In this document: positions 1 through 15,100 of the stretch, piece after piece | Position numbering within the stretch: the stretch's first letter is position 1 | Layout: each line of letters opens with the position of its first letter | NCBI GenBank assembly: GCA_050084985.1 | Contig: JBITNC010000001.1 | Coordinates: 177,878,001 to 177,942,000, forward strand | Direction of reading: 5' to 3' | Source of the DNA: Nageia nagi | Lineage: Eukaryota; Plantae; Pinophyta | DNA length: 64,000 bases | Translations under genes and position numbers: made by a program | Notes under the pieces: generated by a model | Seen by the model: the letters and a program-made list of their open reading frames with translations, nothing else | Told to the model about the DNA's origin: nothing | The model's database searches: none

Positions 1-900
1 TAGCACATTCATCTTCAACTAATACATCACCCTCCTCATCAAGTTCCTCAATATTACCCACTTGATTAACTAATGGAAATTATTTTGTTAATGGTGGATC
101 CTTTGTATGATTATTAATATCTTACAAATTTATTTGAGTCTCCTAATGAATCAATTCTTCTAATATTATGTGGGGAATAACATCCATAATAGGCTCAACA
201 AGTGATGTCTCTTTTTCTTGTTGACCAATATCCTCTATTGAAAATTTAGGAATTACTAATGAAACCACCTCATAATTGGTAATATAATCTACAACATCAA
301 TATTTTTATGGACATAAAAACTTCCATGAGCATATGTGCCATGATTCTTGATACTAAAAGACCTCATATTTTATGCAACTTCAGTTCTATGTGCGAAGAA
401 TCCCAAATTTGGTTCTCTTGGAGTAATATTCATATCATTTGTAGTATTATGCCCTTGCAAATCATTAATATGCCATAATTTTTGTTGTTTAATCACTTCC
501 TCATATTCTTGAATGAATGCAACAATGAATGTATTTTTTGCAACATGTAACTCACTAAGTAATTTGATAAACTTATACCTATTTTCTCTAGAACCTATGA
601 CCTTTCTCAAGGTTTCCTCATCACTCAACTATGAAATAAGATATTATTCAATTAGAATATGAGTAATATTCAAATTCATGGGATATTTAGATCTTCATTA
701 TCATTTTGAACCTATTGACTAACTATCTTTCATGAACAGTGAGAACTAGTTATTGAAATTTCTTTATTTGAAGAGTTATCATTTATAGGCTTCTCTATCA
801 TATGTCCTTATGATTTAGAAAGATGATGTCACCTATGGATTTGTTCACTCAACCTTTCATATTGGAAAGCAACATGTGTTCTAGCAATCTTCCTTCACTT
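1..900 (-). mobile_element. Decayed LTR-retrotransposon (Ty3/gypsy-like) gag N-terminal region, running off the window edge
   Basis: Consecutive stop-broken minus-strand ORFs (371..628, 143..367) have a composition like gypsy gag N-termini. AT-rich leader/LTR-like sequence follows at ~1100-1900. No diagnostic motif was seen. Confidence 0.35.
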
Positions 901-2699
901 GGAATATTTCTTAACTACAAGTTTAGTGGGCTAGTAAGAAATATGTGCATTTTCTTTTACTAGTAACATAAACTACTTTTGGAACATAATATGTAAATAG
1001 AAACTTTAATATATTTGATATTGTATCAAAATTGGATCAATTTTGAGAGAATTTACTTCCAAACCTCTAAGAGAAGCATATGCTATATGTTGAAATATTT
1101 TTAGGTACCCTTAGGATAACCTAGGTACTTACTATATAAAAATATTTAACATTTCATAATGTATTATCCTTGTTATTAACTTAGATAAAAAATGGAATAA
1201 TAATAACAAATAACAAGATAAGAAATAATCTAAACATAAATGAATGTAACAATGAATAATGAGATCATACTATTAGATCAAGATGACAAAAGTACACACT
1301 ATTGAGATTGAGATCAAGTGAAAGATAAATACCTATAAACCTTACCTAGGTGAAGATAATTATATGCAAATAGGAACTTACTAAGGATGATGATGATCTT
1401 GAAATGCAAACCTCACAATGCATAACAAAAAGGAATAGTAGTGCAGATGCTCATAGGAATGTAGATGTTGAGTCTTGAATGATGATATCAATTCCTATAG
1501 TAGTGTGAACATTAAGCATACAAAGGAGAAAATTTTGCAACCAATATATGAAGCATAGTAGATAATTGACAAGTCAAGTCAAACATATAATAATGGAATA
1601 TGGAATAACAAATATGCTTACGATAAAAAGATCCCAATATCAATAGGAAACATTAAGCAAAACCTAAACTTTGAAGTGGTACTTTCTATTTATATTGAAA
1701 TATTAATAACTTTCCCTACAATCATACTTACCCTTATATATTCAATATATCCTCTAATTTCCCTTTAGGAAGGCTAATGCCAATGCTGGGGTACCTAGCA
1801 CATAAAATAATAAGATTGCATGTGAAAGAAATAAGAAAATACCAATAACATGATAAGCAAGACCACCTTAGGTGAACCAAAATTACATGTCAATATAAGG
1901 TTATAGGTAAATTCACTTATATATCTGAATTCTCATAGGTTCTTAATTTGGTTCAATAGCTAGGACATCATTTATTAGTATCATATCATTGTTATTCTTA
2001 GCTATTGTAAATTGATACTTCAATACTATATCTTTAATTATTATTTACACTCTATTATTTTTCAAATATTTATTTTATTTAATTATTTTAATATTTTTAG
2101 TTTTAACAATGCTTTTTGATGGGGTGAAATGATAAGGAATCCTAATGTGGTAATTTTGATATTTTTCTTCACCTATCATTGTGAATAAAGGTTTTATTTC
2201 ATTACCTAGTTGGTAATATATCAATTGAATATGGACATATTGAGCTTATGAATAGCTAGGTTGAATTCAACCTTTGGAATCCATATTTTTATTACCCATA
2301 GACCTTGGTTTTTATTCAAAATAAACTTCAACAAATCCCATCCCTAGATGTGTAACTAGACTTAACTATCTCTACACTTTTAGCCATAACATATAAGGGT
2401 TAATCTAATCCATTTTGACTTTACCTTTTTTAATAATGGGACCTCCCACTTGAGGGATCCCTCAGGATCATCCTCATAACCCCATGGTTTGTATCCCTTC
2501 CAAAATTTTAGAGCAACCCTTAATGTTGTAATGGAATACAAGTAAATCTAAATGTATCCTACTTACAATCCTTTGTTAGTGTAGTTAAGGGTCAATAGTA
2601 AGACCACTAAAAAAATTAGGATCAAACTAAAAAAAACTAAAGGAAGATAGAAAAATAAGAGAACTAGAAATGAATCAAGTCAAATTCAATGGATACCTA

Positions 2700-5600
2700 A
2701 CTAATTTGACTCCATTTATATTTTAGAGATTTTAGAGAATCTCATTGGAAATGATGTAGTCTACACATATTCCCATGCCCTAATAATTTTATATGTCTAA
2801 GAACCTCTTAAAGGTACCTTTGAAATTAATCTTGCAAATATTGGGAACTAACTAGTGATTTAAAAATAATATTTATTTCCAATGGATACATTATCATAGA
2901 ATTCACCATGCTCATAAATTAAGGCTTTTTACATGGGATATTACAACACAGGGTTCACAAGTTTGTTTATGCAACCATGGAAATCAAATTTTGACCCCTA
3001 AATAGAATCATTAATAGCACTAATTTGGATTAAATATTATGTATTTCCCCTAAACATTTGGTAGGATAACATCATTAAGTTGATAAGTGATGTGTTTAGT
3101 ACCTACATAGGATGCTCTAGGTAGAATCTAAAAGGAGGTTCAACTTCTTTTTCTCGTATTTATGTTAAGACAATTGTAGATAATAAATTATGTAAATAAA
3201 TAATATAGGCACAAAATAAATCTACCAGGATAACACTTATTCAAATAAACAAATACACCTAATAATGATATGATAATCCTTGAGATGTAGCAAGGAACTA
3301 TGAAGGAATGGATCAGATTAGAGATGTACTTCAACAAGGGTTATGAGTCATGCACAACTAAATGATGAATTCTCCTCTATTCATAGCTTTAGATCATGGA
3401 TTCACATGATATGGAGGGAATATGAACTCTACAATGTGGATGCCATAAAGCTTTTATAATTAGATAATGTGCAAAATATAACATGTAATAATAGCTTAGA
3501 GTAAATAAATCTTCCAATAGGTGGCATCAAGAGACACCATAAGTATGATGTATGGGACAACAATATATTAGAGAGATCCAATAGCGATGTCAACCTCCAA
3601 CTCCTGCATTTATAAACTGCAAGGAAATAGAAATGAGTGAAATTTGATTTATAGGATTAATATAATCATTATTGTATTCAAGATACTTTAAAATATGAAC
3701 CATGGTAAATAATATAGCATTTAATGTAGCACATGGCATTACACTATAATATCAACTTTATATTAGCATTTGTAATATTGTTTTTAACACTTTTAGAGAT
3801 ATCTATAATATTATTTATTAAATAAATAATAAATCATTTTCAAGAGTCTACAACAGTCATGAGTAATCCACTTCTAGTAGAATTTGAACTAAAGGTTAGA
3901 TAAAATATATCAAGATAATAAGTGTACTATGATTCCATCACTTTTAGATGTATAGCCTATCATGAATATGGTCATTTAGTAAGATATTATCCAACCTTGG
4001 TACTATACATAGAGGATCCAACCCAAATCCAATCAATTCCCATTGCATAATAAGGTCAAAAGTAAGATTTAAGGGTATTATAAATACTTTCAATGAGAAA
4101 TATAAAATATGACAAAGGAAAATGTCAAATGAAATTAGGCAACATGATAGGCTGATATATTGATAGAGGTAACTCAAATTTAGTTTAAAATTATTAGATT
4201 TGAAGTTCTCATGTAAACTAAAGAAATGAATCCTTCTTTTGACTTTTCAAGCATGGAGTTGGTGCCTATTGACTCCACCCTACATCCCCACCACCCTTTC
4301 ACCTTGTGTTGTCAGCTTCTATACTTACTCCCCCATGTTTTTTCTCTTTTATTGGTCCCCTTATCTCTTAAACTATCTCTTCTTCTCTCCCATTTACATA
4401 TATCTCTTTTCCCTTGGATCCTCTTCACCTTCCTTGTCTCCTTTTCCCTTTTTAATACATTCTAATACTCAATTATGATCCTCACTAATCCAAATATGTG
4501 ATCATGTTTATAGTAAAACAAATAAGGAAAAAACACCTCTTGGGATTTCCCAAATATGAACACAATAAAATAACTTGAACTTATAAGGTTTTAGAAGGAA
4601 GAAAAAGAGAGAGAATCTAAGAATAAGGAAAGAAAATAAGAGAGATATGATTATTAAAGTTCATCACGACCTTATATGGTATTGATTCCCAAAAATTGTC
4701 CAAAATTATAATATAAGGATTTGAAAAGTCTCCCTAAATAACTACTTTTCAAAATATTAATCTTAGAAACAAAACCAAAAGTTATAATGTTATAAGAAAC
4801 TAGAATCTCCCTAGATACCTAAAAAAATATATCATCAAAAAATATAAGTTAGTATTAATTATGAGCACAAGCCTCCCATGGGTTTTTAGGAGGGGCCTTA
4901 ATTCTTTAGCAATAATCTATTTTCTAAGAAGTTGGCATTATAATGACTAAAGGAATCCTTATCACCAAAATAAGAAATAGGCACACAAGAGAAACATGAT
5001 GTTTCATAAACTTATATAGGGAAAATGGTGTCATAAAATAATAAACTTAGTGGAAAATTATACAAAGCATTAGATAAAAGTTCCTAAAGAAATTATGGAT
5101 GGTTGGGGGGATTTAAATACCAAAATATTAATTAATGAACAATGAGGAAAACTTAGGATAAATGAAAAAGATTGATTTCTAATAGCATATACCAATCAAC
5201 TAGAGCTTATTTATATCCATTATATAGGTTAAAAGAATACATGGAACAATAAGTAAACGAAAGGAGATATCATGATATCTCAACTTGATAGGTTATTAGT
5301 AGGAGTAAATATTCTCAAGAGGTGATAATACCAATCAAAAGTTCTAGATATATTGACATCATACCACTTTCCAATTTATTTAACTATTAATATAAGGATT
5401 TATCTCAAAAATAAGCCATTTTATTTTAAGAACTTTGGGCTCCCAAAAAATCCATACGTAATTTAAATACAATAGGAACAAATTGAAAGGGTGGATTAGA
5501 ACACAAAGGATTGACTTTCAAAAGTAGAGAGGATAGTTAAAAGTTGAAACTCAAGAAGTAGCCAACAGGATAAGGAAAGGAGCAATGTTTGAATAACTCC

Positions 5601-8100
5601 TTGCTAAGGAGAAATCCCTCCTCAAATAAGTAGAAGATTTGGATGCGAAAGGAGAAATTTATTAGAAATAAAGAGCAAGAATCATATGTATTTGAGAAGG
5701 ATATTGTAATATTAAATTATTTAACTACTTAACTTTTGATTGTAACATCTAAAATCCATTAGAAACCCTAAAAAATTACCAAAGTTTCATGTAGGACACA
5801 ACTCCAAGTATGCATAAAGTTACTATCCAATCTTTTTGTTCATTTTTATATGCAAATTCAAACCTATCAACTACCAAATAATAAAAAAATTTAATATATT
5901 ATAACCTTATTTTCTTAATAAAAAATGAGGATCTTCTCAATAAAATCATATCAAAGGAAGTAAAATTCATAATTGATAGTATGCAAGTAGGAAAATATTG
6001 AGATCTAGATGGTTTTTTGATGGACATTTATAATCCGTCTAGGAAATCATTTCTAAGTATGTAACATAAGCATTGAAAGAAAGCATGTTAAATGTTCATA
6101 TCCTAAAAGGGCTCAACTATACAAATTGGTCATGATCCCAAAGGGATGAGATAAAGATGGCATAGATAATTACTACCTAATTTCTCTATGTAATGTATGA
6201 TAGAAAATCAAGATCAAACTGATGGAAAACAAACAAAAAAAATACCCCCTAAAATTATATCCTAAGAGCAGGGAGTCCTTGTGCAAGACATAAAAATATT
6301 AGATGATATTATTTTGGCTTAGGAATCATTTTCTACCCTCACCAAGATGGAAAATAAAATAATGTTCTAAAATATATACTTATCTAATTCTTATGATAGG
6401 GTCACCTTAAGGTAACTTTTAAGATCCCTCCTTTAAAATTGACCTATAAAATCATGGTGAATCTACTTGAAAAATGATTAGAAATGATGGAATTTTTTTG
6501 AAAAAACTATGTAAATTGGAAAATAACTTTTATACAAATTTCAAAAAATGATATGAAAAAATACTAAAAAATCAACAAAACATTGGGTATAAAATATATT
6601 GTATTATGAATCTTGTTCATCCATGTATTTTTATTTTACTTGGATCCACCTCGATAAGTGGGTGTAGGAGGGCTTGCCCCTATTATTATCACAAAAAGTA
6701 CATGTATTTTTGTATATCAATATTTGATATATAATCATTTTCTAGAAATATTTTTTGCAACCATTTCAACACCACATCTATGAAATGATTTCAACATCAT
6801 ACACTCTATAGTTAGTTTGGTATTACACACTCTACAACTAGTTCAACACCATACACTCTACAACCAATTTGACACAATACACTCTACAACCGGTTTAACA
6901 CTAAATACTTTATAATTGGTATGACACCATATACACATGCAACTAGTTTAACATATTTACACATGCAAGCAATTGACCACCACATTGATATCATATCTCA
7001 TTATAACTCGTATGACACCATTTACCCATGCAAACAATTGTTATCCATGGCCTCAAGAGGGATATGATAAGGAGGCTTGATCTCTCCATACCTTTTTATT
7101 ATCCATGCTAAGGATTCAAGTAGGTACATTAGTTAGATGAAGGTAAAAAACTTCATTTTAGGAATCAAGATAAGCTTAGACATGGACTTGAATCATATTC
7201 AATTTGTACATGATATCAAAATCTAGGGAAAATCCTAAATCCAAGAAGCCATTAACATTAATGCCCTTTTGGATAGTTAAACTAAAGCTATAAATCAATC
7301 CATAAATGATAACAAATCTAAAGTTATATTATCTAATATAAGGAGATGACTCTAGAAATGAATTACTCAAATCCTTAGATTCAAGAAAACATCCCCTCCT
7401 CTTGACTAAAATCCCTCTTATTAGTAATTTCCTATTGATAAACGATAAGTAAATAATAATAGATAATATTTCCTCCAAAATTAATCATTGGACCAATAGA
7501 TAGCTAATCTTTTAGGGTAGATTCATACTTCTAAAAGTAATGCTCCAAGCTATGTTGGTCTATAGATTTATACAAAAGAGAATATAATAGCCCAAATAGG
7601 TGTATTATATGCAACAATGAGGAAAAGAAAATCTTCCACCTACTTTTTACCTACCCATATGTTGAGACAATTTTGCACCATTGGTAAAATATTTTCAACC
7701 AACAAGGAACCCTAATCCCCATAATGAGAACCTTTTAGGACTACTAGAAAGCTAAGAAATTTATTTTCATGTGTGTTATATGTGCCTAAAATTTAGATCT
7801 CGATTTTATATGGTGGCATATTTGGTTGGAATGAAATAGTTGGACCTTCATCAAGGACTAAATATAAATAGAAAGAGCTTGGGACATCATTTCCAAGAAA
7901 ATATCTAAAATGGTTATAGTAAAGATAACATAATGGAACCAAATTTTGCTTAAGGAGGAAGGGATATGAAATATCATATTAGTAGTAATTCAATAACTTT
8001 AACAAAAAGAGTTTTGGAATGAGAAGACCAACCATGACTAGTAAAAATAAAATGATCAATCTAAGTAAAGAAAATATCAATAAGCTTCCTCCATGAAGGT
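2700..8100 (+). mobile_element. Heavily degenerate L1-clade LINE (ORF1 DUF4283 remnant plus ORF2 endonuclease/RT remnants)
   Basis: Motif remnants occur in the expected order: MQPWKSNFDP..IWIK (~2970-3030), ILETK (~4760), WMVGGDLN (~5097), SQLDR (~5278), ISLCNV (~6180), YDRV (~6392), RG..ISPYLFI (~7056-7100) and QFV(H)D (~7200). There are many stops and frameshifts. Confidence 0.7.
6767..7035. repeat. Degenerate ~26-27-bp tandem repeat (approx. caacaccatacactctacaactagttt), ~9-10 copies, inside a segment interrupting the LINE RT
   Basis: Recurring acaccatacactctacaac units are directly visible. Confidence 0.75.
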
Positions 8101-9139
8101 TAATTTTTTTGTAAAAGGTTTTTTGTGAAAAGGAAGTTCATATGTATTTTAATTGTGGTAAAAGGAGGAAGAATAAGCTAACCCTAATGTACTTTAAGTT
8201 TTTTTAATAGAATTTTAACCCTTTCTCTCAAAAAAGTAAGAGTGGATAAACAAATAAAATTGAAACCTTTTCTTATTGTCTGAAGGATGTACAACATTCC
8301 TAGCATATATAAAATCAATAAATGTTTCACCATTTTAAAAATTTCTAAACTAGGTATTTCATACTTATTATTTCAATTAATTAAATAATTATATATTAAT
8401 TTTCATATTAATTATATCAAATTATTCATTCAAATTACCTATAATGCTATTTAAGGGTCTAATGAACTAATATTAATTTTGTCTCTCTCATAATCACAAA
8501 AACCTATAACTCTTCTCCATACAATGTAGGTGGTTCAATAAGACATACTATGCCTTTTTGATGAGTCATAATTAAAGAACTTATTTTTAACTACATGTAT
8601 AGGCTTAATCAACACATACATAATCTCTTTTATTTTATACCTATATGAACATTGTATTTTCAACCTATAACTACTTTTAACACTATTTTGAGTTTGAGAA
8701 CACCATAATATGGTTGGTATAGGATCATAATAATATTTTATACTTTTTTAATTTAAGCCTTGTAAGGCTAAGACTTATTATTTTGACTATCTCAATTGTA
8801 TTTTATCATCTATACAAGGCCATAATACAACTTTTTAGGACCTTTAAAATGATTTGGAAGAGGATGAATGTTGACCTACATCAGATATATAGGTATTTGG
8901 ACCTATTGAATCAAAATTTATTTACCTATTATTATCATTAATATATCTTTAATTACTTTAATTGATTGTCTAATTTCATATATATATTCTCAATTTATTT
9001 CAAAATTAATGTATTTATCTTGATAATATGTTAACCAATAATATCTTATGAGATCCATTAATGATATATTAGCTTAATTAATTTGCATTTATTTTATTAA
9101 AGCACTTGAATATATTAAGTCATTTTGGAAGATTCTTAT

Positions 9140-12100
9140 TGTGATAGAATTTCAAACCCCTTTGATTTTCATCAAACTAGTTTCACTAAGTGTGAAATCT
9201 CCTTGGTATCAACAAATATATGAGAACACCTAACTATGCTCTCCTTTTTGGGATAAAATTCCATATCCCATGGAATACCCTTAATGCCTAGGATTGTAAC
9301 CCTTTAATGAGTTCACTTAAGATTTTGTCATTGCTCTTGAATGAAGTCCCTATTATTCCTATTATATGTGTTTGTTTAAAAGAAAAATGGACTTATCTTC
9401 AATAAAAATAACCTTGAAATAGCAAGTAGACCGGTGCTCTTATCTCTAGTGGGTACATTGTCATACATAATAGAAAGAAGACTGAATATGTAAGGATATA
9501 ACATTCATACATTTATCCATTCAAATAATGTAATAGATAAAATTTTAAATGCTAATAGGAACAACCATAAAACATTTAAATGATGTAACATATGATAACT
9601 AGAACATAAAGCATTCACACATGAAATAGTAATTGAACCAACAAGAGTATCACCATTTTCGTTAATATAAAATTCTATCCATAAAATACATCAATACTTG
9701 CTTGCATAACAAAAAGAGAATTACAATAAATCAAATGATATATATTTTTACTACAATACTTGTAACAAAAAACATAAAATATTATCCTAGAATAACTACT
9801 TTGTACTGGTTTTATATAAGTATATATGATTTAAACAATCTACAACTTGGTGATTACCCTATGACATGCAAAAATCACTTGACTCAAAATGTGTAAAAGA
9901 TAAGGGATGAAAAAAAAAGATAAATGAATAAAAGACCACATCGACACAATACCTTGCTAAATAAGTTGTAAAACTAGAGAAAAGACTCTTTCTACATCCT
10001 TCTCCTTTGGTATTTGTAGAAGCATGAAGAATCTATAATAAACTACTAGCTAATTGATTCTATTTCAAAAAATAATCCTTGCCACCACTCCTTTGACATG
10101 CTTAAGATGTCTCTTTAATCACCTTAACTACCAAATTGAGAAAATTTCAATCCAAAAGCCACTTTTGCCAATCAAATAGTTCTAATAAGTCCTAATCTAG
10201 TATGGAAGCCACTTCTACCAATTGAATATTTCCATCTTAGTGTCATGAACCCATGCGCTATTCTAATCAACCAATTTCTCCAAAAGGATTTATTTCTTAC
10301 TCTAGCACTTTCCTCATAAGATGTGATGTCCTCATGTGAAAATGACTATAAATGATCAATGATACCTTGATATTTTTCCTTTCTCACTCTTCTTTCTAAA
10401 TAGAATTGCATTCATCCCTAAGGGTTGATATAGATAGAATTGAAAGTGATATAGGCTATGAAAGCATTGTAACTTTTATGTTGATGATACAAATTGAGCT
10501 TAAGTTGATCCTTAATTCCTTTTGCATGATTATCGACACCAAATCTTGCACTTAACTTTAAATCCAAGTTCTGTATTTTCTTTTTAGTATTTTAACTTTG
10601 TCAAAATCTTCATCTTAGTACCAAACTCCATTATCATACTTTGTCTTATGTTTATGCTCTAATTCAGTGTCAAGATGTATTTTTTCAAAGTTCTAGTAGT
10701 ATTTATAGTTATATAGATTCAAACAGACCTATCAAAACTAAATATAGAAGATAATATATAATTCTAATGGAATTATTTGGGCATACTTGGAACTAAATGG
10801 CTGAAACTCAAATCTCTCAATTGGAACACTTCATGTGGTTAATTTGATTCTATCTCACCATGATGTATGATTAACCACCATTTGCTGGGCTTGTGCTAAA
10901 GAAAAAAAAGTTGCCTGATTTCTTCAATATTCCAATGGAATTTGGTTTGCTTTACTTTATCAAATCTCCAAAAAAATTTAAATGCTCTTTATATATTTCT
11001 CTATTGTTTCAAAAAAATTTAGTTTGCTCCACCTTGCCAGATCTATAACAAATTCAAACGCTCTTTGTACTAGCTATGATATAATCTAGAGCTAAAAGTC
11101 TTGATTTGATAGTAGTAATTCTAGAATGCAAAAAGAAACATGACAAGACCAAAGAGGTAGTGGATATTCATATTCCAAATAAGTTCACATTGAAGAGTAT
11201 TCTTTTGGTTGAATCTAGGATGTGGAATTGACAACTTTACATCATACTTTTTTGTAATGTGAATTCCTTTGTAATCCTTATACTTATATAATACAAAAAA
11301 ACCTTATTACATCAATGCTCTTTGGAGTGTGTACTTACTTTGATTTGAGTTGGAAAGTGCATTTTGAATTATCTTTCGCAATATGAAGGATGTTGATGTC
11401 ACCTCTATCATATAGAATGCAGATTTCCTTTTCTATACATTTAGAATTAGTAAACTTTCTTCCCTTCAAAATTTGGAACTTGCTTTGCTGACTCAGCTCC
11501 TTTGGACTACATATTTCCTTACTTTTTTAGTTTGAAAAGGTATTTTAATTTTGGAATTATTTTTTTTACTCTAGAAAGCTAGTTCATGGTTCAAAATGGT
11601 CTAGATTTGGTCTAGAATTTCAAATTGATGCTTCAAGAGATCTATCACTAATAAACCTACCACAAACTTGAAAATTATTTCTAGCACCTAGTACCACCAC
11701 CATGACTACTGATAGATAACATAAATGATCAGAACACCTGTTGTACACTCAAAACACCTTTCAAACCTTATGCAAGCATTAAAACCCTTGTGTATTGAAT
11801 AAAACCCTTATGCGGTAAGGATAAGGCTTATACGAATAAAATAAAATAATAAATCAAACCTTATGTGGTTAATATAAGGCTTATGCGGATAAAATAATAC
11901 TTGTATGGATAACATAACCCTTATGTTGATAAAGAAAATCTTATTTAGTTAGGGGAAAAAGCCTTATACGATGGAAATGAGCCTTATGCAATGGAGAAAC
12001 TTGATTCTTTTTAAGGCTTCCTAGGACAAAAATAAAATAAAATGATACTTACAAATTATTTGACATAACTTACAATATTACTAGAGCTATTTGGACTAGG

Positions 12101-12151
12101 TTTTTGGTGCAAATATGTAAAATTATTTTGTAAAAATTGGGTATCTTTATA
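9140..12151 (-). repeat. LTR copy (3' LTR relative to the minus-strand pol), ~3.0 kb
   Basis: It begins TGTGATAG.. and aligns with 16493-18418 at both ends (gattttcatcaaactag; aaaaattgggta). It contains a ccttatgcg-type subrepeat cluster at ~11760-12000. Confidence 0.7.
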
Positions 12152-15100
12152 GGTGTTCTAACATGGGCTCTGTATGAGACAATTGCTAAATTAATGAGGT
12201 AGTCTCAATAACCATAGCTATCTTCAGTATAAACAAAACTCCTAATTCTAATAACTTTCTATTCTAATTTGGTTCAAAAGAAAAGTTTTGACAATACTCC
12301 TAACTTATTACAAAAAATATATTTACAAACTTGTATGTACAGAAAGAAGAAAGAACACCTATGTTATCTTAATCAAGTGGATAGTACCTTTTAATCCTCT
12401 AGCCATTGATTGAAAATAACATTTGATGAACATATAGACTATTCAACTTATATGTATGACTTCCAACCAACTCAGAAATATGATATGGCCCAAGCTAGTT
12501 TGTTTCAAGTTTTTCTTTCTTTCTATCTTGATTATTCCTTGGATCCCAATAAAGGACTATGTAATGTAAGTAGAATAGTTTTTCTTTAACCTTATTGTAA
12601 AAGTTGTTGTAGTATTCATAAATTCATCTACAAGTATAATAAATACCTTTCTTATGGTCTCTTGTAATTCTACCAAATCATTCACTATTTGTTGTAATGG
12701 AATGAAATGTTCTTCTTCTTCAATCATAAGTTTTAACATCCTTTCTTCAACATCAAATGAATGCAAAACCTCTTGATCATATACTAGCTCATATGGTGAT
12801 TTTTCATTCTCCCTTTTTAGTGGAATGATGTAAGGATATTAGCATCAAAAGTTTTGAGCTCACTATAGTCCTAAGAAAAGACATCCTTATTTTTCTTCAA
12901 GAATTCTAAGTATATATCCAATTATTTTGATTCTATACTAGCATTGACCTTTAAATTCTTTTGTTCATTGGTTGTTCCAATACTAATGTTAGCAATTTCA
13001 TATTTTGAATGGCTTTATTACACAACTTGAGCATAGGCTCTCTGAAAATTATCATAGAGGGATTATAGACTAACCAAGCCTCTAGGAATGGATTTGGTTT
13101 TCAATTGCATGAGTTCCTTTGGGATGCTAATCTATTCAGCCAATTTTTCTTCACTCTTCTCATCATAGATTATATTTTTGAATTGATCTTACACTTGCAT
13201 AAAATCCTTTATCTAAATACTATGTTCAAAAACTTACAAATATGCAATGTTGTTAAGTACATAAGGATTATAAATAGAGATTATCATATGATCATTCATA
13301 AATATTTCATCAATGTTTGGGTGTTCTCCTACAAAAGTAGCTATTGCTAATAAGTCACCTCTCTGATTTTTATCTCTTGGCACAAAAGAAATATTAAATG
13401 ACAAAACATTATCAATCTCATCAAGAACAATCCTTTTGTCCCAATTCAACCTTGTGTGTTTGGCCTTATACATACCTATGACATGTTTAATGATCAACAC
13501 AACATCACCAAATACTTATAAATGTTGTATCGATAATTCTTTTACCTTTCTCATACCAAGAAGTAAAGCTTCATATTATGCAATGTTGTTTGTACTAGGA
13601 GATTTTAACTTATATGGAATACCAGGATAAAAGCTCCTAACATGTTGTAATAGAACATCGATCAAGGTTCTTTTTAGCAATGAATATTCATTAATAAGTG
13701 AATTTTAAGGATCTTTAACATTGGAAATGAGTTTTTTAGGAGATGTAAAAAGGCAAAATTTGCCAAAATTTTCCAAGTCAAATCACCAATATTTTTAATT
13801 TTTTTCATAAATAACCATTATTTTTCCAAAAGTTTCTAAAAGTCATTGATATTTTTAAAACCTTTTTGAGTCACATTTGCCATAAATTGTTTTTAAGGGA
13901 GTTTCATGGAGGAGCTCTTAAAATGAACCCTAGCATCGATACCCTAACCATATTGTGATTTCATCCCATCAAAGAATAAAATCCATAAAGTATTTTCTAA
14001 TAGATTTTTAGTATCTAATTGGCTAGGTTGTGCTATGATATCATGAGGAATATACTCAGGAAGCTCATTTTGTAATATGGTCTAGTATTCATCTTGTATT
14101 TTAGGGGAATGCTATAGGGTGTAAATACCATGACCATGATCACAAGTTAGCATAGAGGCTTTGGTAATATAATTTATTGGAATACCCTATTGAGGTTAAA
14201 ATTTGAATGCTACTCTATTACAAGTTTCTCTATACAATCTCTCTATGGTACCATCAGGCATAGGTATAGTGGTAAAAGACTAGTCGAATTGTATGGTTTT
14301 TCCTAAGGTGCTACCAAAATATCTTGATAGTAAGATAAAAAGAAAGGTTTGACATTTGCAATAATCAGGTCCATGAGCATTCTCTTTGAAGTGAATTTAT
14401 ATAAGTAGACAAGGACATCCTTGACCACTCCAAAAGTTTGCACATCTCAACTATCCTTGAAAAACATCGATACGAAATCACTAGTGCAAGTTAACCTAAG
14501 TATGTCAGCTACCCTTTTTGGTATGACATTGATGGTAGTTCCATAATCCAATGAGAAATTATGGATGCAATAATGATAATCATTATCATCATACCTAAGA
14601 GTAAGATAAAATGGTTTAATCCTATTGGGATCATTATCATTAACAATCTTAGCATGAATTTGAAGACATTGTGAGATAGTTTCATCTAAGAACTTAAATT
14701 TCTTACATAACTAGTTCCTATACTTTGGAATTAGCATAAGCTCTTCAATGGGAACTAACACTTTGAGCTTCATCATTTCAATTATAATATAAAAAAAAAT
14801 AGTCTTTTTAGTTTCTCTAATCTTCTTTTCTTCAAGATTATGTTAATATATTTGCAATGGTTTGGCTTGAGAGACTGGTGGGGGTCTTCCTTTTGAGTTA
14901 AAGAATATTGAGAAATAGGCTTGGGGACATTAGCCTCTTGAAAAATTAGTTCACTTAAGAATATCAGTATCCATATTCTCTTGAAAAATTAGTATCCTTT
15001 TGAACTGAAGAATATTAGTATACATATTCTCTTGAAAAAATTAGCTCACTATTCTCATCATGAACAATCTAAATGTAGTTTACTTTAGGCTCCTCTTCTA

